DNA from: Amoebidium appalachense | Lineage: Eukaryota; Protista; Ichthyosporea | Reading direction: 5' to 3' | DNA: 64,000 nt | Assembly (NCBI GenBank): GCA_963693365.1 | Contig: CAVNZM010000014.1 | Coordinates: 1 to 64,000, forward strand | Shown: in pieces, positions 27,024 to 39,117 of the stretch | Layout of the letters: every line of letters starts with the position of its first letter | Position numbering within the stretch: the first letter of the stretch is position 1 | Made by a program: the position numbers and the translations under genes | Notes under the pieces: model-generated | What the model was told of the DNA's origin: nothing | What the model saw: only the letters and a program-made list of their open reading frames with translations | The model's database searches: none

Positions 27024-28075
27024 AGGGTCTGATGCTTGGCATGTGGCCCTACACCCTGGCTGTACTCATGCCCCTCAACAAGACTCTTTGCAATGATGGT
27101 AAATATATCCCCCCCCCCCCCCCCCCCCCCCAAATGGTTGCTCTGTGTCGTGCATCTGTAAGCACATACGCATTTTCCGCTGCACTGCATTAGTTTGCAC
27201 ACACATATTCACCGTTTTGCTCACCTTGCTTGCATAACCCTGCTCGTCTTTGATCAAGACGGGTTGACCCTCCCAAGTTCAGTTGATGCTGCTGTCTGAG
27301 TTGGAGAGTCGTATATACGCGGGCTAAGGAGTCGAAACTCAGACGCAATTGATGACTTGGGCCCTCCCTGAGGATGGGCTCTGCTTATGACGCATACTGT
27401 GCGCATGGCTGATGTTGCATACTTGAATGTTTGCCTTTGCATGTGTCCTTCGTGTATGCGTACTTCGTACCGTGTTCCGCATTCAAACCCCCCCCCCCCT
27501 CCCTCCCCGCTTCACCCTATATGTCCTGCTCCCTTCTTCCCATATACCTTCTCTCCCCCCCCCCCCCCCCTCTTCGCCTGTTCCCCCCCCCCCCCCCCCC
27601 CTTCTTCCCCTCTTTTTTTCCCGCCCTTATCAGTTCCCACTGCTCATCTCCTGCTCATTCATACACCCATACACCTGACATATCATCGATCCCACTGCAC
27701 ATTTGGCTAGTGTCAGAAATGTGTGGGCATGTTTTTTTTTTTTTTTTGGTGTGTGTGTGTGCACGTGTGTGTGTGTGTGTGTGTGTGCGTGTGCGTGTGT
27801 TTGGAAACGAATTTGTGCATGTGTGTCTGTTTGGAGGCGAGTTTGTGTGTTGTTTCTGTTTGGTGTGTGTGTGTGTGTTTGGGGGGGGGGGGGGGGGGGG
27901 GGGTTGCTGTCCATGTAGTGCAGACGTGTGACGCATGTCCCTTGTTTCAGATGCGCAGAAGCAGACAGGCGACTGGAAGGCACACCATCTGGCCAAGTGG
28001 GACACATACCACAGGGTTCGGACTGCAGCTGGCCTGGTGGCTTTCGGAACCCTGGTGTGGGCTATCATCGATTGA
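25315..28075 (+). CDS. DUF1772/anthrone oxygenase-like 4-TM membrane protein, 5 exons, 158 aa
   Basis: Exons 25315-25359, 25529-25659, 25995-26097, 27026-27098, 27951-28075; phases match, total 477 nt. Motifs [36 protein letters not shown] and W..YHRVRT are typical of DUF1772. Confidence 0.8.
27254..27487 (+). repeat. Dispersed ~235-bp structured element, copy A (DUF1772 intron 4)
   Basis: Near-identical to 43704-43951: 2 substitutions, a 15-bp indel and one terminal A. Ends in GCATTCAAA followed by poly(C). Confidence 0.9.
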
Positions 28076-28144
28076 GCGGCACACGGGCACACGTGCAGCG
28101 ACATGTGCACATGAACATGGGTAACCACGTGGACATACACAAAA

Positions 28145-28176
<32 letters not shown>

Positions 28177-29499
28177 CACGAAGGAAAACACACATGTACA
28201 CATTGCACACCTGTGTGACTGCACGGGTATACATTCACGCTTCAGCTTGCCAACCATATATATCGCGCACATGCATTCAGCCGGACATTATTCTGACGAA
28301 TAAGCTGGCTATACTATGTACTTGAAGGCAAAAACTTGTACTTTCAAAGCACTTTCGGAAGCAATGGTATGTATTCCACGTTGGCGCTATCTTCAAAGTG
28401 ATATAGAAAGGTGTTTGGATTTCAAATACATGTGCCATACTCGAAGGATCACTAGACGCTTGTGTACGCGTACGTACGCCACCAGTTCGCATTACGCTTC
28501 ACAAATGCAAGGAGGCTCAAATGATATGGTCATTGCGAACTGCTGTTTCAATAGGGGGTGTTTGTGGGAAAAAATCTGGCATGTACATGTGGGTGTGCAA
28601 GGTGAAGAGACACATGTACGTGCCTGTGTGTGTGTATGCTTTTGGGTGATTTGTACGACAGACCCAATAAAAGGGATATGTGCAGCAATTACACATGGCA
28701 CTTCCACTACACCAATCAAATATCATGTCTTACAACCTTTTGTGTCTTCCCCCCCCCCCCCCCCCCCCCCCCCTACACACACACACACACACACCACCAC
28801 CACCAACACGCCCACGTCCTAGCACTGCAGCCTATCCCAACCCCCTCCTCCCGATGCGTATCAACTTTCTTTCCCCATTGGACCACATACCCGGTTACTT
28901 GCTAATAGGCAGGTGTACAACAAACAGGAATTTAGGCATGCACAAGCACTCATACACACACTCACACACAATGCACCGTGACGTGCCCCCTTACACATGA
29001 TGCGCACACACGCACTCACGCGCGCGCGCACATATTTCGCACACGCACACGCACACGCACACACTTGCACACACAGTGATGTGTACACCCTATAGCCTTC
29101 CATTTTGAGTCATTGATCATTCATAATGCAATCCTTTGTGCCATCGCATGTGCCAATTGCCTATAGCACACGATCCACAAATCCTATCATTCCATGGTGT
29201 CTTTTTGTAGCCATAAACAATCCGGCACACCGCAAAAACTAACTGCACCACAAATACCCACCCCGGCCCCCTCATTCCCACATCATCCCTTTACGTGCAT
29301 ACACAACATGAAACGGTTCCAACCAAAAATTTGATACCAAAAACGATGTGTTTTAAGATGATTGAAATGAATTTAACAACAGTGGAAGTAGAAGGAAACG
29401 GAAAAGAAGAAAAGAGAAGCCTCGTACAGATAGGATTCTAATTTGTGCCACCCAAGCTCCCTAGAGCAACTGTAACTCGGATAGTCAAGCAGCTTCATG

Positions 29500-30061
29500 G
29501 TATATCTGCATTGCCATCTGATGTAAATAGTTCAATACACATTGGTTTTGATAATTCTTTGTGTGTGAGTGTTGTGATCAGGAACATACAAATTTGGTGC
29601 CCCTCTTTGTAAATTAATAGATGACCAGCTTCATTTGAGTAGGGCTGGGAGGGGGCTCAGTGATCGGTGAGAAGTGTTGGAGCTTACGGGAAAACATTGA
29701 CTCAAGATGAATTCATATATTGTATTCTTTCCTACAAGATGAATTCATTTATTGCATTCTTTCCTACAAGATGAATTCATTTATTGTATTCTTGAAAAAT
29801 TCCTACAATGTATCCCCATTTTCGGAAGAACTGTCTTTGCATGTGCACATGTCTGCAAGCATGTGCAGGAGGTGACTTGGAAAATAACCCACCAGCAAAT
29901 ATCCAAATAAATATCTCCCTTGCACACTCTTGCAAGTGAATTTATCATGATATCGAATGGCAAGGATGGCGCTGTGCAAAGTTAGTTACAATGTGCGTGT
30001 GTGTTGGGGAGAGGGTAGGACGGCCCCGAGGAAGGGAAGGGAGGGGAGGGGCCCTCCGGGG

Positions 30062-30093
<32 letters not shown>

Positions 30094-30379
30094 GGAGGGG
30101 GGGGGGGGGGGGCATGTGTGTGTGTGCACACAGCCGGACGTGTGTGATGGTATAGAGGGTCTTTGTGTGTGTGTGCCACACTGTGTGTGTGTGTGTGTGT
30201 GTGTGCGTGCGTGGGTGTGCATCCGTGCATGCATACGTGTGTGTGTGGGTGCATGCTTGTGTGCATGCCACAAGTGCTTGTGTGCATGCCACTGTGTACG
30301 TACGTGTGTGTGCATGGAGCTTCGGGTGGCGTGTGTTTGTGCGTTGGTGTCCAGGCTGTGCGCAGGGGCCTGCCGGGGG

Positions 30380-30460
<81 letters not shown>

Positions 30461-31480
30461 TGTGTGTGTGTGTTTGGGGGGGGGGGGGGGGGGGGGGGAG
30501 GAGAGAATGGGACCATTGCCGTTTATCACCTTTACGGCACTGGCCGTAAGGCACAAAACAATCAACATTCTCCGTTTGTCAACATCCTTTTTATTTTCAC
30601 ATGCATTCCAGCATGCGGCCACAGGCATGCCAGAAGCCCCCTAACCAGCACATACGGCTGGTGCTTTTGGCCAGGTCACATCCACAATAAGCAAATGCAT
30701 AGAGTCACCTACCTACCTAGTGAATGTGGTGGTGTGCGCAGGCAACCAGCAAAAGTGTACATTGCCATGTGAACATATGAGAGAGCACACATGCAAATGC
30801 TTTTGGTGCGGTGTGCACATGCCCATCGTATCGGTGCTACCCATGCAACTGTTATTGGTACTGTGTGCACATGCACGCACATACATTGTCAAGCGGCTCA
30901 TATCCACAAGCACAGGAGCTCACCCTACACTTTGCGGTGTGTGCACAAGCACGCCATTTATAGCTGCGGGTTTTGTGCTAGGCACTTATATCATGTACCT
31001 GTTACGATATCCAACACCACATCGGCCCAATAATAAAAACTTAAAGCTCTGGTTTTCTGCCCATCATGCAATAGATGGACAGCGGGCAGGGGTGATGTGT
31101 GATTTTTTTCCTTTCAATCTTACTGTTTTCAGTGTTTGTTTCTGCCTTGGGTTGGATTTTTTGTGATGGAGGAGACACAAGACAATGTGATACATGTACT
31201 CTCCACAAGATAATGCAAAAAGCAAACTTCCACATCCATGTGTGCCTGTGTGTTAAGAAAGGCCTAGAAAGCAGTAGACGGTACATAGTGTTCCTCACAT
31301 CGGGAAACATGATGCACAAAAAGGGATATAAGTCGAGAATGGCACCATGGTCTCAGCAGAAAAAACCCTGTACCAACCAGAATAGAGTGGGAACAAAATT
31401 GGAACACTCAGGAGCTAAGGGTGGTGGTGGTGCTGCTGGTGATGTGTGGAGGACATCGAGCAAAATGGTGCACACCTGCG
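29500..31480 (-). pseudogene. Possible highly decayed Ty3/gypsy pol fragments
   Basis: Frameshifted snippets: RT-like IYLDI...FSKSPPAH...HAKTVLPKM (~29820-29960); integrase zinc-finger-like ILLDVLHTSPAA...TLFWLVQGFF / YIPFCASC (~31300-31470); LYVPDH...QRII (~29550-29595). Order is scrambled. Confidence 0.3.
29700..29792. repeat. 32-bp tandem repeat, about 3 copies
   Basis: CAAGATGAATTCAT(A/T)TATTG(T/C)ATTCTTTCCTA repeated. Confidence 0.75.
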
Positions 31481-32244
31481 GCATACAACGGGTGGGTGGG
31501 GCTGGCAAAGAAAGGGCCCGACTGTGTGAATCTAATGCCATCATGCATTGGTTATTCACAAACAAGCACACACAGGCGACAGAACATCACCCGATGAGCA
31601 GCAAGATTCGGGACTCCGAGCACATACTATATTGCCAGTACAAGCGCACCATGGCATGCTAGAACAGCCAAAACAAGCGTGCGTGCATACGTGCCTCCTC
31701 AAAAAAAGGTCAATGGAAGGCACGTAGTAAGACATACACATCAAACAACTAAACCCACTTGGAGACCACTAGTGAAAGAGAAGGCAGAAATGGGCACAAC
31801 GAAAAGAACATCTGCAGGCCCATTACTCTTTTTCTCCGGCAACGTGAGAAATACGCTGGCAAGCAAGCACAACAGTACACGCTCATCATTAAGCCCCAAA
31901 AAGAAGAGGGCAAGCAAGCTCTCTGCATCCACACCCACAGCCCACGAGGATGCAACACGGAACACACTGCATCAGAGGAGGGAAAAAAGGGGCCAAAACC
32001 AAAAAAACCAGGTGGGTCGCACAGAGCAGTAAAGAGAAGAAAGAGCAAAGGTGCAGGACACCACATACCCACAGAAAGAAAGGTATTTATGTCGAGCTAC
32101 AGCTGTAACACAGCCCACGCGTAAGAATGCACACAACATGGATGAGAACTACAACAGCATGCCTGCACAAAAAAGGGTGCATAGAGTGCAAGTTACACGC
32201 GTCAGTTTGCCTTCCTACCAACTAGTCTATTCCCTTTTTGATCG

Positions 32245-32285
<41 letters not shown>

Positions 32286-32469
32286 CGAACGCACGCACAC
32301 ACACCTGGTGTGGGCGATGAAGAAAGTTGCCGAGAATACCAAGCGAGAAGGGAGCATTCGAACAAAGCTTGGTCCTTCTACATGATCTCAAAGAGGGGCA
32401 AGATAGATCCCCGCATTTTGCACCCATTCGGCTCATGAGATGTAGCTATTCCGTCGACTACAAGTCTAC

Positions 32470-33775
32470 AGGCAAACAAACAAAGAAGACTACAACGAAG
32501 CAGCAAAACAACAAAAGCATAGCCAAAACAACACAACAAAGAGGCCACAACAAAGAAGCATACAGTCAAAACAACAAAAGAACAAAGAAACACACAGCCA
32601 AAACAACACAACAAACCAAAACAACAAAACCATGTAGAAGCATGCAGCCAAATCTGCAAAGAAGCATGCAGTCGGAACACAAAAAGAACAAAGAACACAC
32701 AGCCAAAACACCAAAAGCATACAGCAAAACAACAAAAAAACAAAACAACAAAGAAGCATAGAGCCAAAACATCAAAAGCATACAGCCAAAACAACAAAAC
32801 AACAAAGAAGCATACAGCCAAAACAACAAAACAACAAAAAATCATACAACAAAACAACAAAAAAGCATGCAGCCACAACAACAAAGAAGTACACAGTCAA
32901 AACAATAAAGCAACAAAGAAACATACAATGAAACAACAAAACAAAAAAAGAAACAACAAAGAAGCTTACAGCCCAAACAACAAAACAATGCAGAAGCATG
33001 CAGCCACATCTGCAACGAAGCGTGTAGTCAAAACACAAAAAGAACAAAGAAACATGAAGCCACAACAAAATAGAAGCACACAGCCAAAACATCAAACCAA
33101 CAAAGAAGCATACAACAAAACAACAAAGAAGTATACAGCCAAAACAACAAAACAATAAAGAAGCATACAGCAAAAACAAAGACGTGAAGCACACAGCCAC
33201 AGCAAGAAAGAAGCATACGGCCAAAACAACAAAGAAGAATACGGCCAAAAAAAAAAAAAAAGAAGCATACAGCCAAAAAACAAAGAAGTATACAACCACA
33301 ACAACAAACAGCAAAGAAGCATACAGCCAAACAACAAAGAAGTATACGGCCAAGACAACAAACAACAAAGAAGCATACAGCCAAAACAACAAACACCAAA
33401 GAAGCATACAGCCAAAAAAACAAAGAAGCATACAACCACAACAACAAACAGCAAAGAAGCATACAGTCAAAAAACCCGTTGTGAAACAACAATACAGCCA
33501 AAACAAAAAAGAAGCGTGCGCATACAGCTAAAACAACAAAAGAGTATAGAAGCGTACGGCCACAAAAACAAAGAAGCACACAGCCAAAACAACAAAACAA
33601 CATAAAAGCATACAGCCAAACAAACAAAACAACTGAAGCATACAGCCAAAACAACACTGCGACATAGAAGCACACAGCCACAAGAACAAACAAAGAAGCA
33701 AACATGTACAACAGCAATACGACATCGAAGCACGCAGCCAAAAGAACACAGCAGCACACAGCCACAACCACAGGC
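32470..33775. repeat. A/C-rich degenerate minisatellite (~1.3 kb)
   Basis: Core AAAGAAGCATACAGCCAAAACAAC repeated dozens of times with variants. Confidence 0.9.
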
Positions 33776-34888
33776 AGACGAATATACGGCACCTGTTCCA
33801 GCAGCAGCATGGACCGTCCCTCCACCACAGCGCTGGCAGTGGGCGGCGCTGGGCTCATAGCTATAGCTTAGGCATTGCGGGCACAAACTAGCTTGCCCAC
33901 CTAATCCTACACAAAAAGCTCTTGCTACAGTGTGGCATAAAGAGCACCGGGAAAAAAAGCATCTCAAATAAAAAAAAGCTCTTGCGTTCCTGCCAGCTGA
34001 CCCACACCTGGTTCTTTGTGGCTTATGGCGCCCTAGCGGCTTAATCCTAAAACCTGGCAACGGCTTTTCCCTGCGGCTTTTTGCGGCTTTTTTCTTTTTC
34101 CAAAAAACTATCACCTGCAGTATTTGGTACCTGCAGTATTTGGTAGTACCAAAAGAGGCGACTACCAAAAGAGGTTTGAGCGCGCGACACTGATGTTCCA
34201 CCTATTTATATGGCCAAAATCCGCCCCCCGGAAGAGCCGTAGGAATTTGTCCCGCCAGAGCGGAGGAATGTGCGGGTGCACGCCACGAAGTAAAAGCAGC
34301 TCGAGCTCACGCGCTGGATTGGACAACCGCTCCCGAAGGCAGCAACAAAATGAAATGCGTAACTTGATGATGTGAGTCGATCGTAGTTAACATAAGTAGC
34401 TATTACTTTTTTATTGAAGTGTGACTGTATTGCTTGCTATATAGTTTTGTCTACATGACTTGCTAATGTTGCTTTGTTCGGACCCCTATGTGAAATGGAC
34501 AATGAGATGGCTCAACCCGAATCACGGTCCACTTTACGAACCAATCAGCAATCTCCAAGGCATCTTTGCCCCCCTGTCCACATGGGTCCGACCCTCCCGC
34601 CGAGAGCAGCTTGTTGTAATCTCAAGCAATTGGATGGATACTATGAATGAGCGTAAGCTAATGATGGTAAACATGTCAATAGTACGTAATATGTGACCAA
34701 AATACTGTTTACAAGATCAGTGGGTATTATTATTGACATCAAAGTAGATTTTTTGGCTTTTTCTGCTAAACGTAACCTCCGACAACTGCATGACTTGCTC
34801 TTTGACCTACTGCTATTTGCCGTTTATCATGCGCGTTTAGGTTGCTCGGTGTATTCAAAGGAATGTAAATCAAGGTAAACCATTTCCC

Positions 34889-35036
34889 ATTGGCTACATT
34901 GGCCTCGCCAATCAGAAAGCCTATTCAGACTCCAACACCAATCACAAGTGTTCTTCATTTATTAGCCAATCACATAGCTAGTTTTCAGGCTCACTTCCTT
35001 CCTAATTTGGCACTATCGGATGTCAGCTGCGATTGG
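34889..35036. promoter_or_regulatory. Cluster of six CCAAT/ATTGG boxes (NF-Y-type enhancer or promoter)
   Basis: ATTGG at 34889, 34898 and 35032; CCAATC at 34908, 34938 and 34966. Confidence 0.5.
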
Positions 35037-36065
35037 TCAGCAGAAGGCCTTTGAAAGTTTGCGGTAACATGTACAAGCCAAAAGCTACAAGAAAAGCGTT
35101 TCAATTTCAAATGAGGTCTTGTCTGAGTTGTTCACAAATCCAGTTGTAAATCAGGATGAAGTAATTTTAAAAATGTGTTTTTATATGTCGGTCCTACCAT
35201 CGAAAGATTATGACGTACTCAGAGTGTCAGATATACGATGTATGATATCAGTGTAAGCGGCGGGTGGTTTGATAGACCTAGCTAATAATATAGCATTCTA
35301 ACAAGAATGTTTCAGAAGTTCGATGATTGCAGAAGACGACCAAGAGGCTTTTCGAGAGTAACGCTATGTTACCACACCGAACTATTTTCAAAATATCATC
35401 AAGTTAAATTTGAAGTCCGTTTATGTCATATTAATGGTGTCATTTGGGCTTTGAGCTCAGATGGGTAGTGCAAAAATCAACGTTCATGGTTTAGCTATCA
35501 GCTCGATTATCTCGAAGCCAGGATATGCACAACTTCAATCTGAGAAAGTTTACCTGTGTCACAGTTAAAGTGTCACTTCGGCTGAGTTTTGAATGCAGAT
35601 TGCATAAGTAGTAACCTAAAGGAAAGAATTATCCCCTAATTATGGGGTTACCAGGCTTATACAACCGCAAACTACCAAAACTGGATCTTTACCAACTTTT
35701 CACACACATACTGTATTCTGTTGTCGAATCTTCGGCTGCACACATGGACACTGTACGTCATGCACGAACAACATGACAACTTGACAAGTTTCCAGACGCG
35801 ATCTGATTCGTTGAATGGTCCCCGAATGAAAGCATGTCGGACGCATACCGAGGCACTACATGTCTTTCTCTGCAGTTTTTGAAGCACGGCAAAGCCAAGA
35901 GCGCATTGAAAAAGCTTAAATTTATTTTTCATGTTAGCTTGTCAGCAAGTACGCCTCACAGTAGGGGTTTTGTGTAGAAATATCAGTCCGAAACTTCCTA
36001 ACGTTCGAAATCCGGCCGTCGGAAAAACCAAGGCTCAGTTTCCCTTGTCGCCTGCACAGCAGCCG

Positions 36066-36155
36066 ATTGGTTAATAGTCATGCGGCTATGCTGTCCCCCT
36101 CAAGCGAATGGGAACGACGCGGACCTTGGGGTCTGTTGATGCTGAGCTATAAATA
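36066..36155 (+). promoter_or_regulatory. Inverted CCAAT box and TATA box upstream of the zinc-finger gene
   Basis: ATTGG at 36066; TATAAATA at 36148-36155, about 100 bp before ATG 36249. Confidence 0.6.
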
Positions 36156-36248
36156 CGGCTTTCGCCTTCATTCCACCCCACGCACCGAACCAGCAAGCAC
36201 CATATATCGGCCAAGTACAAAAGTACTAAAGGCCCCTAGAAAGCAACC

Positions 36249-37094
36249 ATGGCGTCCGTGTTTGACATATTGGCGGCTGGCGCGTCCATGCAGTTTCCCC
36301 TTCTTGGCGTCACGCTGCCGCAATTGCCCTTCGATATGTCGGCCCATCTGCAGGCACAGGCCCTAGCGGCCAGCTGGCTTGCGGCCACCACCGCGCAGCA
36401 CATGCACGTGCAGGCGGCGGCGGCGGCCTTGCTGCCCACGGTGGACCTGCAGGACCCCAGCCTCGAGGCCGTGGCCAGCAGCATGAGCCTGGACCCTGCA
36501 CACGTGCTGCCCCAGGTGGAGCAAACCCCACCCCAGACCCCCCTCCACAGCCCTCGCCCGGCACCGCGCCCAGCACCGCGCCCCCTTCACAGCTGTGAGT
36601 CTGAAAAGCTGCGGCCAACCACCATGGCCCTCAATTTCGGTGGCAGGCGCAAGCCCCAGGGCCGGCGCCGGTCAGTCAAAGAACTCGTGCGGGCATACAC
36701 GTGTCCCCACACCGAGTGTAGACGGCGCTACGAGGCCTGGCGAAGCCTGCAGGCGCACCTGTACTCCAAGCACGGTGAGCGCAAGCGCAAGACAGATTAC
36801 CCGCAGTTCGACGACCTGCATATCCGCGGTGTCACCCCATCGGGTGGCCGGAGTGACTTCGACATGGACAGTGAGCCCGACCAGCCCTCCCCCTCCAACA
36901 GCACCACGCAGTCGGCCGCCAGCTCTGAGCCCGGAACACCACTAGAGTTGCCCTTTAGCAGCCTCTCTTTGCCCCACTTCGATAGCCTCGCCCTGGCTCA
37001 CTCCTTGGCCTCATACTCGGCACCCGAGCTCAACGTTGACATAGATAGCTTTGTGCAGTCCCTGCTTGACGAGAAGCAGTATTTGGTTCTTTAG
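36249..37094 (+). CDS. Intronless single C2H2 zinc-finger protein, putative transcription factor, 281 aa
   Basis: Coding-like GC3 bias and Kozak-like ACCATGG. GRRRSVKELVRAYT-C-x4-C-x12-H-x4-H with basic flanks, Ala/Pro/Ser-rich linkers and an acidic-hydrophobic C-terminus (DIDSFVQSLLDE). Confidence 0.88.
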   Translation: MASVFDILAAGASMQFPLLGVTLPQLPFDMSAHLQAQALAASWLAATTAQHMHVQAAAAALLPTVDLQDPSLEAVASSMSLDPAHVLPQVEQTPPQTPLHSPRPAPRPAPRPLHSCESEKLRPTTMALNFGGRRKPQGRRRSVKELVRAYTCPHTECRRRYEAWRSLQAHLYSKHGERKRKTDYPQFDDLHIRGVTPSGGRSDFDMDSEPDQPSPSNSTTQSAASSEPGTPLELPFSSLSLPHFDSLALAHSLASYSAPELNVDIDSFVQSLLDEKQYLVL

Positions 37095-39009
37095 TTCTAG
37101 AAAATAGATATAGCCTTAAAACCACGCGAATGTCTTGGCCCGTCAAGGTCGTGTAACCACAGGTCGAGTGAAGCAAAGCTATAGGCTGGTCCATAGCTAT
37201 TTACGAATGAAGTGAAACGTAGGGAGCGGATAAATGAACATATGACGCATATTAAACTAGCCATGCCTCGTGAGGCTGGCAAGAAAGACAAAGTTTCCAG
37301 TGTATTTTTGACTCGAACATGTAAAGTGTGCCGAAAAACCCACCAACAAAATAGATAAATAAGCTAGATCTAGGGCCTGACTTCTGGATCTAAGACTTTG
37401 CTCGATCGAGCAAGTCACACTACACCTTAAGAACAATGCGGCCGTCATAGTCTTTTTTCTTTGTCACGTGTGACCCCGTTGTAAGTTCGTATGTGCTGAA
37501 CCTTTTGCACAGCAAGTGTGCATTATTTGCCATGTGCATTTTTTGGCACGCATGTCTAGATGTGCAATTACTCAGCAGATGTTCCTTAGGTGCACATTTA
37601 TGATAGCTATGAACAGTTAGCGTTCGTTCTACAGATGTATTCGCGGTCTGCCTGCACGATAGCAAAAATGGTAGATGTGCTATTTGTGTAGGTTACGGGC
37701 TTCTGTGTGGTCATATGGGTGCAGGCTGGCGCTGCAAACCAGTTTCACCTAGCTGCCTGTGTGTGTGGGCCTCTGCGTCCGTGCACGTAAGTCATGAAAG
37801 TGCACTTGCTGCATAATTTTATTTTTTTGGGGGGGGGGGTGTGTAAGATTAAACTGCTAGTGTCGAGGGTATGAGGATAACATGTGCAGATCGTTCGTGG
37901 TGATCATCAGGCTGAGTTTGCACAGCTCGCGCAAAGCACATAATGGCCAGCTAGTGTGAGTGATGGTTAAAGGTTGTGCCCATTTATGTTTTTCGTTGTT
38001 TTTGTTAATGCATGGATCAATTATTGACGTTGCTTGGATGGGTGGTTGTGGCCATGGTAGGGTGAGGGGGGGAGGGGGGAGGGGGGAAGGGGGAGAGGGG
38101 GGGGATGAGCCATAGTGGCTGCTTGCGTATGCCTGATTTGAAACCGTATAGTTTTATTTGTGCCTACTGGGCCGGTATAACCATACTGTATGTTGGAGAA
38201 GACTCCATGTGCTGCCCACGGGTGGATAATCTAGGGGCCCACTGCACACGTGTGGGCTGGCATGCATGCACGGAAGAGCAAGCTACCTGGTGCAACACTG
38301 ATAGAACATTTCTGGACAATTCGCGTGCATCTGACGGCGGACTTCCCCCCTTCCCTCCCCCCCCCCCCCCTCCACCCCCTCCCCAATCCATAATCTTCCC
38401 TACTTCCCCATCTCATACCCTGTCAGAGACCAGCCCAATCCCATATCACCTCCCTCCACCTCTCCTTCACCCCTATGTATACCTCCCAGCCTGATTTCGT
38501 CACCTTTTTCCCGCAGGCCATATCTGTACAGGCCGTGGCCGCCTGCAACCCAGTGCCCTCTTTTTCTCTGCCCCCCACGCACGTCTCAAGGCCTGTCATG
38601 ATCACACACTTACAGTTGCCTCTACAAGTTCATTCTCGGAGACTCGCAGCTACTCGCAGCAGCAACTCGCAGCTGCTCGCACTTCGAAATGGAGCTAGAT
38701 GGTGCGCTGTGAACCAATCACAGGGCCAACATGCTTTCGAAAGCTTTGTCGCACGCAGCTCAGCAGCAGCTGCGGCAGGCTGGGAATCCTGTGTGATCGC
38801 AGAAAGTTTAGGGCGGAAACACAGAAAAATATCGCTTGATTTTGTTGCATCTGAGTGCATCCGCCCCCATCCACACCCATCCGCCTTGCAGGTGTGTGCG
38901 TGCGTGTGCATGCAGAAGGGGGGAGGCTCGGGGTACTGCGGGGGAGAAGGCGGAAGAGGGAGATGGGGGGAGGGGGGGGGGAGTCTGAGCAGTGCATTTC
39001 GTAGGGGTT

Positions 39010-39045
<36 letters not shown>

Positions 39046-39117
39046 GGCGTTCATCTTACGATATAAAAGCTCACACACACTGCTGGCATGGCACACACCT
39101 ACCCGCGCGCACTTCTC

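Noticed and set aside
27290-27345. Hammerhead-ribozyme-like GAAAC plus stem in the dispersed element
   Set aside because: The CUGANGA core is degenerate (CTAAGGA in copy A, CTAAGGG in copy B) and helix I cannot form. The downstream CTGAGGA has no following GAAA.
32305-33858. Exon-like segments on the minus strand (33858-33793 and 32465-32305) with plausible GT/AG sites around the A/C-rich array
   Set aside because: The spliced product hits a stop within ~10 codons and has no recognisable motif. It could be non-coding, but that is unsupported without RNA data.
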